DNA of 64,000 nucleotides from Rebecca billardiae RCC1528 (lineage: Eukaryota; Protista; Haptophyta): contig OZ251246.1 of the NCBI GenBank assembly GCA_965240325.2, positions 1 through 64,000 on the forward strand, written 5' to 3'. Below are positions 23,518 to 34,340 of this stretch, in pieces. The position numbers and the translations under genes are program-made. Numbering within the stretch: the first letter of the stretch is position 1; every line of letters begins with the position of its first letter. Below the pieces are notes generated by a model. It saw nothing but the letters and a program-made list of their open reading frames with translations. It was not told where the DNA came from and ran no database searches.

Positions 23518-23996
23518 TCGTCCGGCAACCCCGAACCCGCGCGTTTGATTTTGAAGGACTACCACCCGCAGACGCAGCTCGTCATCATCGGCCGCGATGT
23601 TCGGAACCGTCGCCTTGCCCGCAGCCCAGCGCTCTGCTCTCGCTCGTTCAACGCCGCCATCATCCCAGAGAGCCATCATCAGACGCTACTACTACTGCTC
23701 CAATCCTCCAGCTGCACTTCTCTCAGCCTCAACGCGCAGAGGCGCCGCAAGCGCGTAGAACACGCTCAGCCGTCAGCACGTGCGAGCACGAGCGCCGGGC
23801 GAATCGGCGCGGCGAACTGTGCGCGCCGCACGCATGCGCGCACTGGACGGGCAACGTACGAACGCGCGACTGCTCCACCTACGCATCGCGAATGACGCAA
23901 TGCACCAGATCCGCCCTCGCGCGCGATAAACTGACCGCGCAACTGCCGCCGCACCAACTGCCCCGTCACTCGTGTGACCCCCGCCCCCCCTTGCAG

Positions 23997-24526
23997 GAAG
24001 TCCAGGCGTTCGACCCGGCGGCTCAGGCGAACGAGGAGCTGCTCAAGCTCCTCGCGCTCTCCAAGGTGCGCGCGCCGACGTGCGCGCCGACGCGCGCCAA
24101 CGCACGCGCGCGCGCCGCCGCTCACCCCGCTGCCGCGCCGTCTAGTCACTCTAGTCTAGCGCCCCGTGCTCTCAGGACTATGTGTTCACGCGGCGCATCC
24201 GGCAGTTCCTCTCGCACCTCGACCTGGAGATGGTGTTCCAGAACGAGCCCACGTTCTCCAACATCGAGCTCTCGTTCGGCGTCCTCTCCATTGGTGCGCC
24301 CCACCGCGCATGCGGGCGGCGCGCGCGCGCACTGCCTCCCTGCACGACTGACCGCGCGCGCTGGCTGGGCGCGCTGCCGCTTGCGCGCGCGGCGCGCGCG
24401 CAGGCACTGGCTACGACCGCTTGCTCTTCGGCTTGAAGATCGCCCACGACACCTCGACGCGGAGACGGCTGATGCAAGAGCAGACGGCTGATGCAAGAGC
24501 ACACCGCCATCTCACTACGCTACCAG
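23997..24526 (+). pseudogene. Intron-containing gene fragment of unknown family, frameshifted
   Basis: Exons 23997-24065, 24176-24293 and 24404-~24526 are joined by GT-AG introns and show host-like codon usage: EVQAFDPAAQANEELLKLLALSK/DYVFTRRIRQFLSHLDLEMVFQNEPTFSNIELSFGVLSIG/TGYDRLLFGLKIAHD. A 19-nt tandem duplication (AGACGGCTGATGCAAGAGC, ~24463-24500) shifts the frame. No clear start or end. Confidence 0.6.
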
Positions 24527-24661
24527 TGCGCAGCACCCGCGTCGGCGCCCAATGCCACGCTCGCTCGCGCTATCCGCGCGCGCAGGCTGGATCAAGAATC
24601 TGCGAGTACGGCTGGCGCATTCTGCAGGAGACGGCGGTGCATCGTACACCCACAAGATTGG

Positions 24662-25700
24662 CTGGCGCATCCTGAAGGCTGACTCGCTGGCGCATCCTGG
24701 AGGGGTGGAGGACTCGCTGCGTATCCTGGAGGACTCGCTGGCGCATCCTGGAGGACTCGCTGCTGGCGCATCCCGGAGGACTCGCTGCGCATCCTGGAGG
24801 ACTCGCTGGCGCATCCTGGAGGACTCGCTGGCGCATCCTGGAGGACTCGCTGGCGCATCCTGGAGGACTCGCTGCGCATCCTGGAGGACTCGCTGGCGCA
24901 TCCTGGAGGACTCGCTGGCGCATCCTGGAGGACTCGCTGCGCATCCTGGAGGACTCGCTGGCGCATCCTGGAGGACTCGCTGCGCATCCTGGAGGACTCG
25001 CTGGCGCATCCTGGAGGACTCGCTGGCGCATCCTGGAGGACTCGCTGGCGCATCCTGGAGGACTCGCTGCGCATCCTGGAGGACTCGCTGGCGCATCCTG
25101 GAGGACTCGCTGCGAATCCTGGAGGACTCGCTGGCGCATCCTGGAGGACTCGCTGGCGCATCCTGGAGGACTCGCTGGCACATCCTGGAGGACTCGCTGG
25201 CGCATCCTGGAGGACTCGCTGCGCATCCTGGAGGACTCGCTGGCGCATCCTGGAGGACTCGCTGGCGCATCCTGGAGGACTCGCTGGCGCATCCTGGAGG
25301 ACTCGCTGCGCATCCTGGAGGACTCGCTGCGCATCCTGGAGGACTCGCTGGCGCATCCTGGAGGACTCGCTGCGCATCCTGGAGGACTCGCTGGCGCATC
25401 CTGGAGGACTCGCTGGCGCATCCTGGAGGACTCGCTGGCGCATCCTGGAGGACTCGCTGCGCATCCTGGAGGACTCGCTGGCGCATCCTGGAGGACTCGC
25501 TGCGCATCCTGGAGGACTCGCTGGCGCATCCTGGAGGACTCGCTGGCGCATCCTGGAGGACTCGCTGGCACATCCTGGAGGACTCGCTGGCGCATCCTGG
25601 AGGACTCGCTGCGCATCCTGGAGGACTCGCTGGCGCATCCTGGAGGACTCGCTGCGCATCCTGAAGGACTCGCTGGCGCATCCTGGAGGACTCGCTGGAG
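24662..25700. repeat. Minisatellite of alternating 22/21-bp units CATCCTGGAGGACTCGCTG(G)CG, roughly 45-50 copies
   Basis: Directly visible. There are no unique spacers; units differ mainly by one G. Confidence 0.97.
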
Positions 25701-26020
25701 GCCGATCCTCAAGGACTGGCGCCGATCCTCCAGGATCGGCCTGGAAAAAGTCCAAAACCGTCCTCCAGGTTCGGACCGTCCTCCAAGTGGCGGCTGCGCC
25801 GCGGGTTTTCAGGATCCGGGAGCAGAAGAGTAGGATACTTGTATCGCGAATAAAAACTCCGTCCGCCACGAATCACCGGCCGCCACAAACAACAGAGCTG
25901 GGCAACCTGAACGCCTGCCGGAACCAAGTGTGCTGCACGTGAAATCATAGTGAACGTCCTAATCTCGCCTGCCCGAGCTGTGTGCGTCTCTTATTCCTGG
26001 TCGGCTGTGACAGGGCAGGC

Positions 26021-27697
26021 TCAGGTCGACAGCACGTGCGCCGCGCTCGCCGCGAGCGCGGCGCCCTCGGGCGGCGCGGCGGCGCAGCGCGCACACGCGC
26101 AGCGCGCGCACGCCGCGCGCGTGGCGGGCGCGCGCCAGTCCGGCGGCCCCGGCCCGCACGCCCACCCGGACTCGGCGCTCGGCAGCAGCTCGAGCAGCAG
26201 CGCCGCGCCCGCCGCCGGCGCGGCCGGCGCGGCGGCGTCCGGCGGCGTGGGCGTGGGCGGCGGCGGCGGCGGCGACGGCTCGGCGGGCTGCGAGGCGCGC
26301 CGCTCGGACGGCGGCGGGCTGACGGCCAGGCGCGGGAGGCGCAGCGCGCGCACGCTCGCCGCGGGCACGCACGCGCACACCAGGCCCGAGGCGGCCCCCG
26401 CCGCCGCGCCCAGCGGCGGCACGTGCGGCCGCACCCAGACGCGCACGCGCGCCTCGCCGCCGCCGAGATTGCAATCTCGCGACGCGGCGGCCGCGGCGGG
26501 CTCGACGCGCTCGCAGACGCCGAGCAGCGCGCGCGCGCCCGCGCCGCGCGGCGGCGGCGGCGGCACCTCCTGCGGCCGCGCGCCGCCCGCCGCCGAAGCC
26601 GCCGCGGGCGGCGCCAGCAGGCACAGCAGCGTGCGCGGCCCATAGCCCAGCGCAGGCAGCGGCGGCGGCGGGTGCGCCGCGGCGCGCGGCGGCGGCGGCG
26701 GCGGCGCCGGCCGCGGCGGCAGCGGCTGCAGCAGCAGAACCGTAGCGCCCTCGGCGGCGGGCTGGGCGGGCGGCGGGAAGAGGGCCGCGCCGGCGGCGAG
26801 GCACGCGCGCACCGCCGCGGGCGCCGCCGGCAGCGGCAGGCACGCGAGCGGCGGCGCGGCGGGCGGCGCGGCCGGCGCCGACAGCAGCAGCAGCGCACCG
26901 CCGCCGCCGCCGCCGCCGGGCGCGGCGCCGAGGACGCCAGCGACGCGCGCGACGACGGCGCAGCAGCCGGGCGCGGCGGCGGGGTCGGCGAGGAGCTCGT
27001 CGAGCTCGTGCGACGCGCAGCAGAGCAGCAGCTCGTCCGCCTCGCGCCGCAGGTCGAGCACGGGCACCGTCAGCTCCGACGGGAGCAGCAGCGGCGGCGG
27101 CGGCGGCGCCGGCGGCGCCGCCGCGGCCGCGGCGCGGGCGCCGGCCGCGGCGCCGCCGCCGGCCGGCGCGCCGTGCGCGGTGCGGGCGGCGCCGACGAGC
27201 AGCGCGGCGCCGGGGGCGAGGAGGTGGGCGAGGGCGGGGTCGGCGGCGGCGGCGCACAGCCGCTCGGGCAGCAACGCGTCGAGCGCCGCCGCGCGGCCCT
27301 CCGCCTCCGCCGCCGCCGCCGGCCGCGCGCGCGCGCGCAGCAGCGGCGGCGCGCCGCCGCCGCCGCCGCCGAGCGCGCACACCGCCGTGAGCCGCAGCGC
27401 GAGCGCGGCATCGGCCGGCGCGGTGCCATTCGGCACGGCGGCCTGCGCCGGCCGCAGCTCGGCGGCCGCCTGCGAGACGAGCGCGGGGCGGCCGAGGTGG
27501 CCGCCCCACGCGCGGAGCGCGCGCGCGAGCGCGAGCGCGGCGGCGGGCCAGGGGGGCGGCGGTTCGGGGAGGGCGAGGTGGAGCTCGCGCACCACGGCGC
27601 ACAGCTCGCGCGCCGCGCGCGCCGCCGCCTCGCCCTCCGCGCACCGCGGCCGCTTATTCGGCGGCGGCGCGTCGCGCGGCAGCGGCGGCGTCGTCAT
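26021..27697 (-). CDS. Hypothetical protein (Ala/Pro-rich, NLS-like PNKRPR)
   Basis: Long ORF with host codon bias and globular-looking stretches (SELTVPVLDLRREADELLLCC, RALLGVCERVE, VRVWVRP, LLELLPSAESGWACG). Head-to-head with the PRP40-like gene. Family not recognised; unannotated introns are possible. Confidence 0.65.
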   Translation of the reverse strand: MTTPPLPRDAPPPNKRPRCAEGEAAARAARELCAVVRELHLALPEPPPPWPAAALALARALRAWGGHLGRPALVSQAAAELRPAQAAVPNGTAPADAALALRLTAVCALGGGGGGAPPLLRARARPAAAAEAEGRAAALDALLPERLCAAAADPALAHLLAPGAALLVGAARTAHGAPAGGGAAAGARAAAAAAPPAPPPPPLLLPSELTVPVLDLRREADELLLCCASHELDELLADPAAAPGCCAVVARVAGVLGAAPGGGGGGGALLLLSAPAAPPAAPPLACLPLPAAPAAVRACLAAGAALFPPPAQPAAEGATVLLLQPLPPRPAPPPPPPRAAAHPPPPLPALGYGPRTLLCLLAPPAAASAAGGARPQEVPPPPPRGAGARALLGVCERVEPAAAAASRDCNLGGGEARVRVWVRPHVPPLGAAAGAASGLVCACVPAASVRALRLPRLAVSPPPSERRASQPAEPSPPPPPPTPTPPDAAAPAAPAAGAALLLELLPSAESGWACGPGPPDWRAPATRAACARCACARCAAAPPEGAALAASAAHVLST

Positions 27698-27883
27698 CGC
27701 CGACGACGCCCGCCGTTTGAGTGATTTGTGTGGCGCCACTGGCGCGCCGTTTGGAGCCTTCACGGCAGGAGGGACGAAATCGGCGCCGCCATCGTGGGAG
27801 TTCGGAGTTCAGCCGGAGGGCACACTCGGCGGGCCACGCACTCGTCGCGGCCACGCGCAGCCCGACCGCCGCGGCGCGCCGCG

Positions 27884-28792
27884 ATGAGCGACCCGCCGGC
27901 GAGCGGGTGGACGGAGCACACGGCCAAGTCGGGCCGCAAGTACTGGCACCACAAGGCGCGCGGCACCTCCGTCTGGACCAAGCCGCCCGAGCTGCAGTCG
28001 CCCGAGGAGCGCGCGGCCGCCGCCGCGGCGGGCGGCCAGTGGAAGCAGTACACCAGCGAGAAGGGGCGCGTGTATTATTATAACGCGACGACGAAGCAGA
28101 CGTCGTGGGCGCTGCCCGTCGGCGCCGCGCCGCCGGCGCAGCCGCCGCCGCCGGCGGCGCAGCCGCCGCCGGCTCCGGCGGCGCCGCTCCCGCCGCCGCC
28201 CGCGGGCGCGCCGCCGCCGCTCGGCGCGCGCCCGCCGCCGCCGCCGCCGCCGGCCGGCCCGCCGCCCTCGCACCACCCGCTCCCGCCGGCGCCCGCCGGC
28301 GCGCCGCCACCGCTCGCCGCGCTCGCCGCGCCGCCGCACCACCCGCCGCCGCACCACCACCCGCTGCAGCAGCCGGCGGAGCGCGGCGGCGCCGACGGCG
28401 GCGGCGCCGACGACGCCGCCGCCTCGCCGCACGAGCGCTTCGTCTCGCTGCTGCGGGAGCGGGTGCCGCAGCCGGACGGCACGGCGTGGGAGTCTGCGCT
28501 GCGGCTGATCGTGCACGACCCGCGGTACGCCGCCCTCCCCACCCTCGCCGCGCGCAAGGCCGCGTACGAAGCTTACGCCGCGGCCGAGCGGCGGCGCGCG
28601 GCCGCGGCCGTGCGCGCGGCGTTTGGCGCCTTGGTGAGGGAGGCGGCGCGCGCGGGCGAGCTGGGCTCGCGCACGGCGTTCGAGGACGCGGCGGCGCTGC
28701 TGGGCGCGGACGCGCGCTGGGCCGCGATGGAGGAGCACCTCGCCGCGCACGCATCCGCCAACGCGGACGGCGGCAGCAGCGGCGTTGGCGTT

Positions 28793-28823
<31 letters not shown>

Positions 28824-30151
28824 GCGCGTGGCGGCGCGCAGTGCACGCGGCGAGGCGCGAGCTCGAGCGCGCGCTGGGCGAGGAGCAGGACGCGCTCGAG
28901 GCGGAGGAGCGCGCGGAGCGGCGCGCCGCGCGCGCCGCGCGCGAGGCCACCTTCGCGCAGCTCCTCCGCGCGCTCACCGCGCGCGGCGAGCTCGGCGCGG
29001 ACACGCCGTGGCGCGCGGCGCAGTCGGCGGTGCGGCGCGCGACGGAGGCGGCGGCGGACGCGGCGGCGGCGGAGCGCGGCGAGGGGGAGGGCGGCACGGG
29101 CGAGCCCGACGCGATGCCGCACCCGCGCGCGCTGCGCGAGCTCCGCCGCCTCGACCGCCTCGACCGCCTCGCCATCTTCGAGGCGCACGTCCGAGTGAGC
29201 GCAGCCGCCGGCAGCCGCCGCCGCGCCGCGCGCCGCGCGCCGCGGCGCCGCGCGCAGCGACGCGCCGCGCCGCGCGCCAACGTCTGCGCCGGCCGCGCGC
29301 GCGCTCGTGCGCCCGCCGAGCCGCGCGCCGCGCCGCCGCCGCGCGTGCCCGCCCGCGCCGCGCGCGCCGCGCAGGCGCTGGAGAAGGAGGCGGACGCCGA
29401 GGCCGCCGCGGCGCGCGAGCGCTCGCGCCGCGAGGGCCGCTCGGCGCGCGAGGGCTTTCGGCGGCTGCTGCGCGCGCTGCACGACAGGTGTGCGCGCGCG
29501 CGCACCGCCGACGGGTTGGGCGGCGCGTGCATTGCCCTGCGTTGTTGTGCGTGGGAAGGGGCGTCGTCATTGGCGCGTGTGTACTTGTGGGGGCGTGCGT
29601 GCGTGCACGGTTGGGCTGATGAATGTGCATGCTATGCCCCCGCCGCAGCTGGGTGCGTGCCGCGGCGCGCGCGTCGGCCGCGCGGTAGCGATCGCTCACA
29701 CGCGCCGCGCCGCGCGCCGCCGTCTCTCGCCACATCTCGCAGCGCCGAGATCGCGCCGTCGGACCCGTGGCCCGCGGTGCTCGAGCGCGTGCGCGCCGAG
29801 CCCGCGTACGCCGCGTGCGCCGCGCTCGCGCACGGCGCGACGCCCGTCGAGCTCTGGGCCGACGTGGCGGAGGACGAGTGGGGTGCCGACCCGTTTGCTG
29901 ATCGCGCGGGCGGCGCGCCGGGCGCGCGCGGCGGCGGCGGCGCGCAGCGGCACGGCGGCGGGCACGGCGGGCACCACCACCACCACCAGCACGGCTCGGC
30001 GCGCGCGCGCGGCGGTGACAAGCGCCCGCGCGAGGGCTCCGCCTCTCCGCCGGGCGGCGCGGACGCTGACGGGGCTCAGGCTGACGGCGGAGCAGCCGCG
30101 GCGGCCACGACGACGCGCGCGGCGCCCAGCAGCAAGTCGATGCGGCAGTAA
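27884..30151 (+). CDS. PRP40: PRP40-like pre-mRNA processing factor (2 WW + FF repeats); introns 29195-29374 and 29488-29742
   Basis: WW1 GWTEHTAKSGRKYWHHKARGTSVWTKP and WW2 QWKQYTSEKGRVYYYNATTKQTSWALP. FF-like repeats: FVSLLRE..WESALRLIVHDPRYAAL..RKAAYEAY, LDRLAIFEAHVRALEKE, REGFRRLL. Confidence 0.88.
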
Positions 30152-31366
30152 CCGACGGCGGATATTGCTGCTATATATATATATCTGCATTCGGGCGCGG
30201 CGGTCTTGATGCGGACGCGACGATCGACTCTTATTATTATTATTGATGATGACGACGAATTGTTCGCGCGGACGACGAATATATACAAAAATTATATATA
30301 CATCAATAATAATATCAGATGACGATGACGATGACGACTCTCATGACGACGACGCTGAGTGACTACTACTACTATAGCAGCGCGGCGCTCATCCGGTAAG
30401 TACGATATCTGACGACTCTGACACGGACTCAGATGACGACGACGCGGCGACGAATCTGCGCGCGAATCATCAGATTCGGCTCCGCGCCCCGTGCGCGGGA
30501 CTACTCATCGCCATCGGGGCAATCGGCGGCCCGGCGCCGCCGGGCCCCGGCCTGCCGCCAGTGACCGAGGCCCGGCCACGCGTCGCTCAGCAGCAGTAAT
30601 CAGTCGCGGGCTGAGTGCCACTACCGGGCCCGGGCCCGGCTCACACGCGGCTGAGAGGCTCAGTCACTGCTGTGTGAGCCAGTGAGTGAGCACGGACTCA
30701 TATCATGATGACGTGACGGCGACCGGACTGTCGACTCTGCTGCTCCGATCGATCATCGTCGACGACGACGGCGTGGTCGTCGTCGTACGACTAGTCAGTT
30801 GAATACGAGCACGGCAGTAGACAGTAGTAGGCCGAGTAGCAGTGATTCCGACAGGCCGGCTGACTCCTGGGGCTCGGTCTGACCTCGGCCCGGTTGGCGG
30901 CGGCCGGCCCGCGGCCGCCCCGGTCGTCACTCTCCGGACGATCACGATCAGACCCGGTTATCAGTCATCTAGTCACTATCAGAGTTACTGCGGGCTAGCT
31001 CCGGCGGGGGCTCGCTGAGTCGCCACAGACGCCACGGCGCAGACGCGCGCCATGTCAGAATGTGTCGATCTAATATATACGGCCCGGTGCCGCCGGGACC
31101 GGCGGCCCGCGCAGGCCGCCGAGGCACTCGGCCGGCGGCCCCGCGGGCACCACCCGTGGGACTGACCGTCTCGTCGGGCACCGCAGCCGGCGCCCGGCAC
31201 TCAGGCACGGCCACGGTCACTAGACAGGCTACGGTCCCGCGCCCGCGGACGGTGCCAATCGCGCGCTGCATATGCGCTATAGCTAGTAGCGCTGATGATC
31301 GGATGAACTGCCGATCGATCTGACCGGCGCCGCCGGCTGACTATTGATTATTGGCTATAGAAGTGG

Positions 31367-31369
<3 letters not shown>

Positions 31370-31398
<29 letters not shown>
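31370..31398. repeat. Short (TA)n microsatellite
   Basis: Directly visible. Confidence 0.9.
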
Positions 31399-31931
31399 GC
31401 TAATGCTATAACTAGGTGATATACTGCTTTATGTCCGACATCGGCCGGGTCGTCGTAAGTACAGCATGAGTATCGTCGGCGCGGGTCCCGGGGTCGGCGG
31501 GGTCCGCCGTCGGGCCGCCCAAGCAGCGCTCGGCGCGGTAAATCGCGGTTCACGCGCTGCTTGGCGTCGACGTACGTCGTCGCCTGACGACCTGCTCGCG
31601 CCCACCCCGCACCCGCTGATGCCGGCCTCGCGGCGCGGATCTGCTGCCGCGTCGCCATCGCCGCCGCGTGCGGACTGCCGTTGCGCTCATGGCTGCACAC
31701 GCACGGCCTCAGGCCCACTGCTGCCGGCGAGGACCTCCGGCGTCGTCGGCCGCCGGGAGTCCGGGCGCCGATGCTTTGCGCGACGGCGGCGGCGCGCGCC
31801 GCAGCAGGGCGCCGCCTGCGCTTCGCTTGCGCGCCGGTCGGGCGCCGGCGCCACGACGGCTGCTGCTTGCTGACTGATGCGCGCGCCGCCGCGAGCGCGC
31901 GCCAGGCGCGCGCCGCGGCGGCAGCGGGCGC

Positions 31932-33653
31932 TCAGTGCGCCGCCGCCCACGCGGAGGAGAGCCGGCGCATCGCCGAGCCCGCCGCGTCGGCCATGTCGGC
32001 GGCCGACGAGCCCCAGCTCCCGCTGCTGCCGCCGCGGCCCGCGGGCTGCGGCTGCGCGGCCGGCGGCTCGGGCGCGGCGGCGGTCTCGGGCTCGGCACCC
32101 GCCGCCGCCGCGCCGAGCGACGCAAACCAGGAGACGGCGGGCGGCGGCACCGCGGGCATCTCGGGCTCGGGGGCGGGGTCCTCGTCGGCGGGCGCGGCGC
32201 TGCTGCTCGCGCCGCCGCTCAGCAGCGCGAGCGGCGCGCTCAGCGACTGGCCCAGCGCCTCGACGCCCGGCAGCCATGCTGACACCGAGGCCGACATCGG
32301 CGCGGACGGCTCGGGCGGCGCGGGCTCGGCGGCCGGCGGCGCGGGCGTCGTCGTCGCCGCCGCCAGGGCGGCGGGCGGCTCGGCGGCGTCGGCGGCGCGC
32401 TCGAGCCACGCGGGCAGCGGCGCGCCCGCCTCGACCGCCAGCCCGAGCTCGAGCCCCTCCACCAGCGCGGCGGGCGCGGCGCGCGCCGCGCCGAGCGCGC
32501 GCGCGGGCGCGCCGGCCGCGGCCGAGCCGAGCCACGCCGCCGCGCGCTCGGCGCCCGCGCGGATGTGCGGCCGCTCGAGGGCGGTGGTGACGGTGAGCGC
32601 GGAGAGCGCGGCCCACGCGCCGAGGAGCACGACGCAGAGCAGCGCCGTGAGCCAGCCTGCGCCACCGCGCGCGCGCGCGCAGGGGCGGGCGGGTGAGCGC
32701 TGCGGCGCGGGCGCCACGGCGCGCGCGGTCGCGGGCGCTGCGGCGCACCGTGCGCGCGCGCGCCGCCGCGCGCCGCCGGCTCGGCGGCGTGCGCCGGCGC
32801 GTCGGCCTCTTCTTGCGCGGCGCCGGGCTCCGCGCCGCCCTCCGCCGCCGCTTGCCGCTCAGCGAGGAACTTGTCGATCTTGGCCTGGCGCGACGCGGGC
32901 GAGTCGTGACCCCAGTCGATGCCGGTGGCGGGCGCGGCCGCGCGCGCGCCGCCGTCCGGCGCGGCGCCGCGCGCGCCGCGCCGGCCGGCGGCGGCGGGCG
33001 CGGGCGCGTCGGTGGACGCGTCGGAGATGGCGTCGTCCGCGCCGGCGCCGGCCTCGTCCTCCACGCCCGCCGCCGCCGCGGCGGTCGGCGAGTCCGGCGT
33101 GCGCTGCGTCTTGGGGCGGCGCGCGCCCGACGCGGGCGCGGCCGTGGTCGCGACCGGCGCGGGCGCGGGCTTGGCGGCGCGCGTGGCGAGGCCGGAGGCG
33201 CGGCGGGTGGAGGCGCGGCGGCTCGACGAGGTGCTCTTGGTGTCTTGCTGCGGTCGCGCGCCCGCACGCACGCGTCGCGCGCCCCGCCGCGCGTGAGCCG
33301 GCGCGCGCGCGGACGCGCGCGAGCGCGCGCGCGCGCACCGTCGTCGCCGAGGGCGGCGCGTCGGCGGGCTGCGCGGCCTTGCGCTTGAGCGACTTGGGCG
33401 TGTCCTCCGGCTCGGGCGCGACGGGCGAGCGGTTCCCGTCCGCCGTGCCGAGCGGCACGAGCGTGCGCGGCGTCGTCTGCCGCTTGTGCGCGCCGCCGCC
33501 GCCCGGCTGCTTGGTCGACTTGGCGGCCGAAAGCGCTTCGTCGTAAAGCCGGACGTACTCGGCCTTGGGGCGGTTGGAGGCGGGGAGCTGCACGTTGTGC
33601 TGCACGAGCCAGCGCTTCAGCTCGGCCACGGTCGACGGGGCGGTCTGCGCCAT
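31932..33653 (-). CDS. LEM-like/HeH-domain single-pass inner nuclear membrane protein; introns 33248-33338 and 32657-32748
   Basis: N-terminal TVAELKRWLVQHNVQLPASNRPKAEYVRLY matches the HeH/LEM-like pattern. It is followed by a basic disordered linker (KSLKRK) and a TM helix, WLTALLCVVLLGAWAALSAL. GT-AG introns restore the frame. Confidence 0.8.
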
Positions 33654-34267
33654 GTTCGCTGCGTCGCGCCGGGCTCGGGTTTGATTACGTCGTGGGGGGG
33701 CGGCGCTACGAGGGCCGCCACGCTTTTTGCGCGCGTGCGCTTTTTTGAACGGGCCGAGCCGTTTCGGCGCTTTTCGAGGGCGCCGGGGTTTTTTCGCCGC
33801 GCCGGACTGGTGCCGCGCGCGCGGCCGGACTCGCCGCGGATGGCGGCCGTCCCGGGTCGGGCAGCTTTGCCGCTTCACGCGCGACCGCCGGTCAGATTCG
33901 CGGACGTGCAGCCGCTCGGGGCCATGCGCGGCGGACCGGGTTTGAGCGGCTTTCAGTCGTCGACGGCTAGTCGGTCTTTCGGGAGCCACGGTCGGCGCGG
34001 CAGGCGATTCGCGCGCCTCTCGGGCCGCCGCGCCGCGCCGTCAGTTGCGGAGAGCCTCGGTAGTGGCGGCGACTGCAGGCTGGCCGCCGTCCGGTCGGTG
34101 CGCCAAGTGCGTGGCAATGGCTCCGTCCAGACGACGTCCGAGCATGGCGTGCTGGCATGTAAGACCGCCGCCACCGCGGGCGGGCCGGGCCGGCCCGGGT
34201 GGCCGCTCGGCCGGCGGGTCTGAGTCGCGGCCCCCGCGACTCAGGCGGCCCGCGACTCAGACCCCGG

Positions 34268-34340
34268 CACACTGCGTGTGTACGCCCGTACACACTCCGT
34301 GTGTGTACGCCCGTGCACACTCCGTGTCAGTGTACGCCTA
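34268..34340. repeat. Short tandem repeat, ~25 bp x3 (CACACTCCGTGT..GTGTACGCC)
   Basis: Directly visible. Confidence 0.75.

Noticed and set aside
24662-25700. CRISPR array, or a repeat-protein gene (the 370-425 aa ORFs on both strands)
   Set aside because: The units abut directly with no unique spacers and there are no cas genes. The ORFs exist only because the unit is stop-free, and the frames shuffle with the 21/22-bp alternation.
29195-29742. Several introns are 3n in length and stop-free (PRP40, receptor, MPP-beta, unc-13), suggesting programmed retention
   Set aside because: Stop codons are rare at this GC content and about one third of introns are 3n by chance; the sample is too small to claim an excess.
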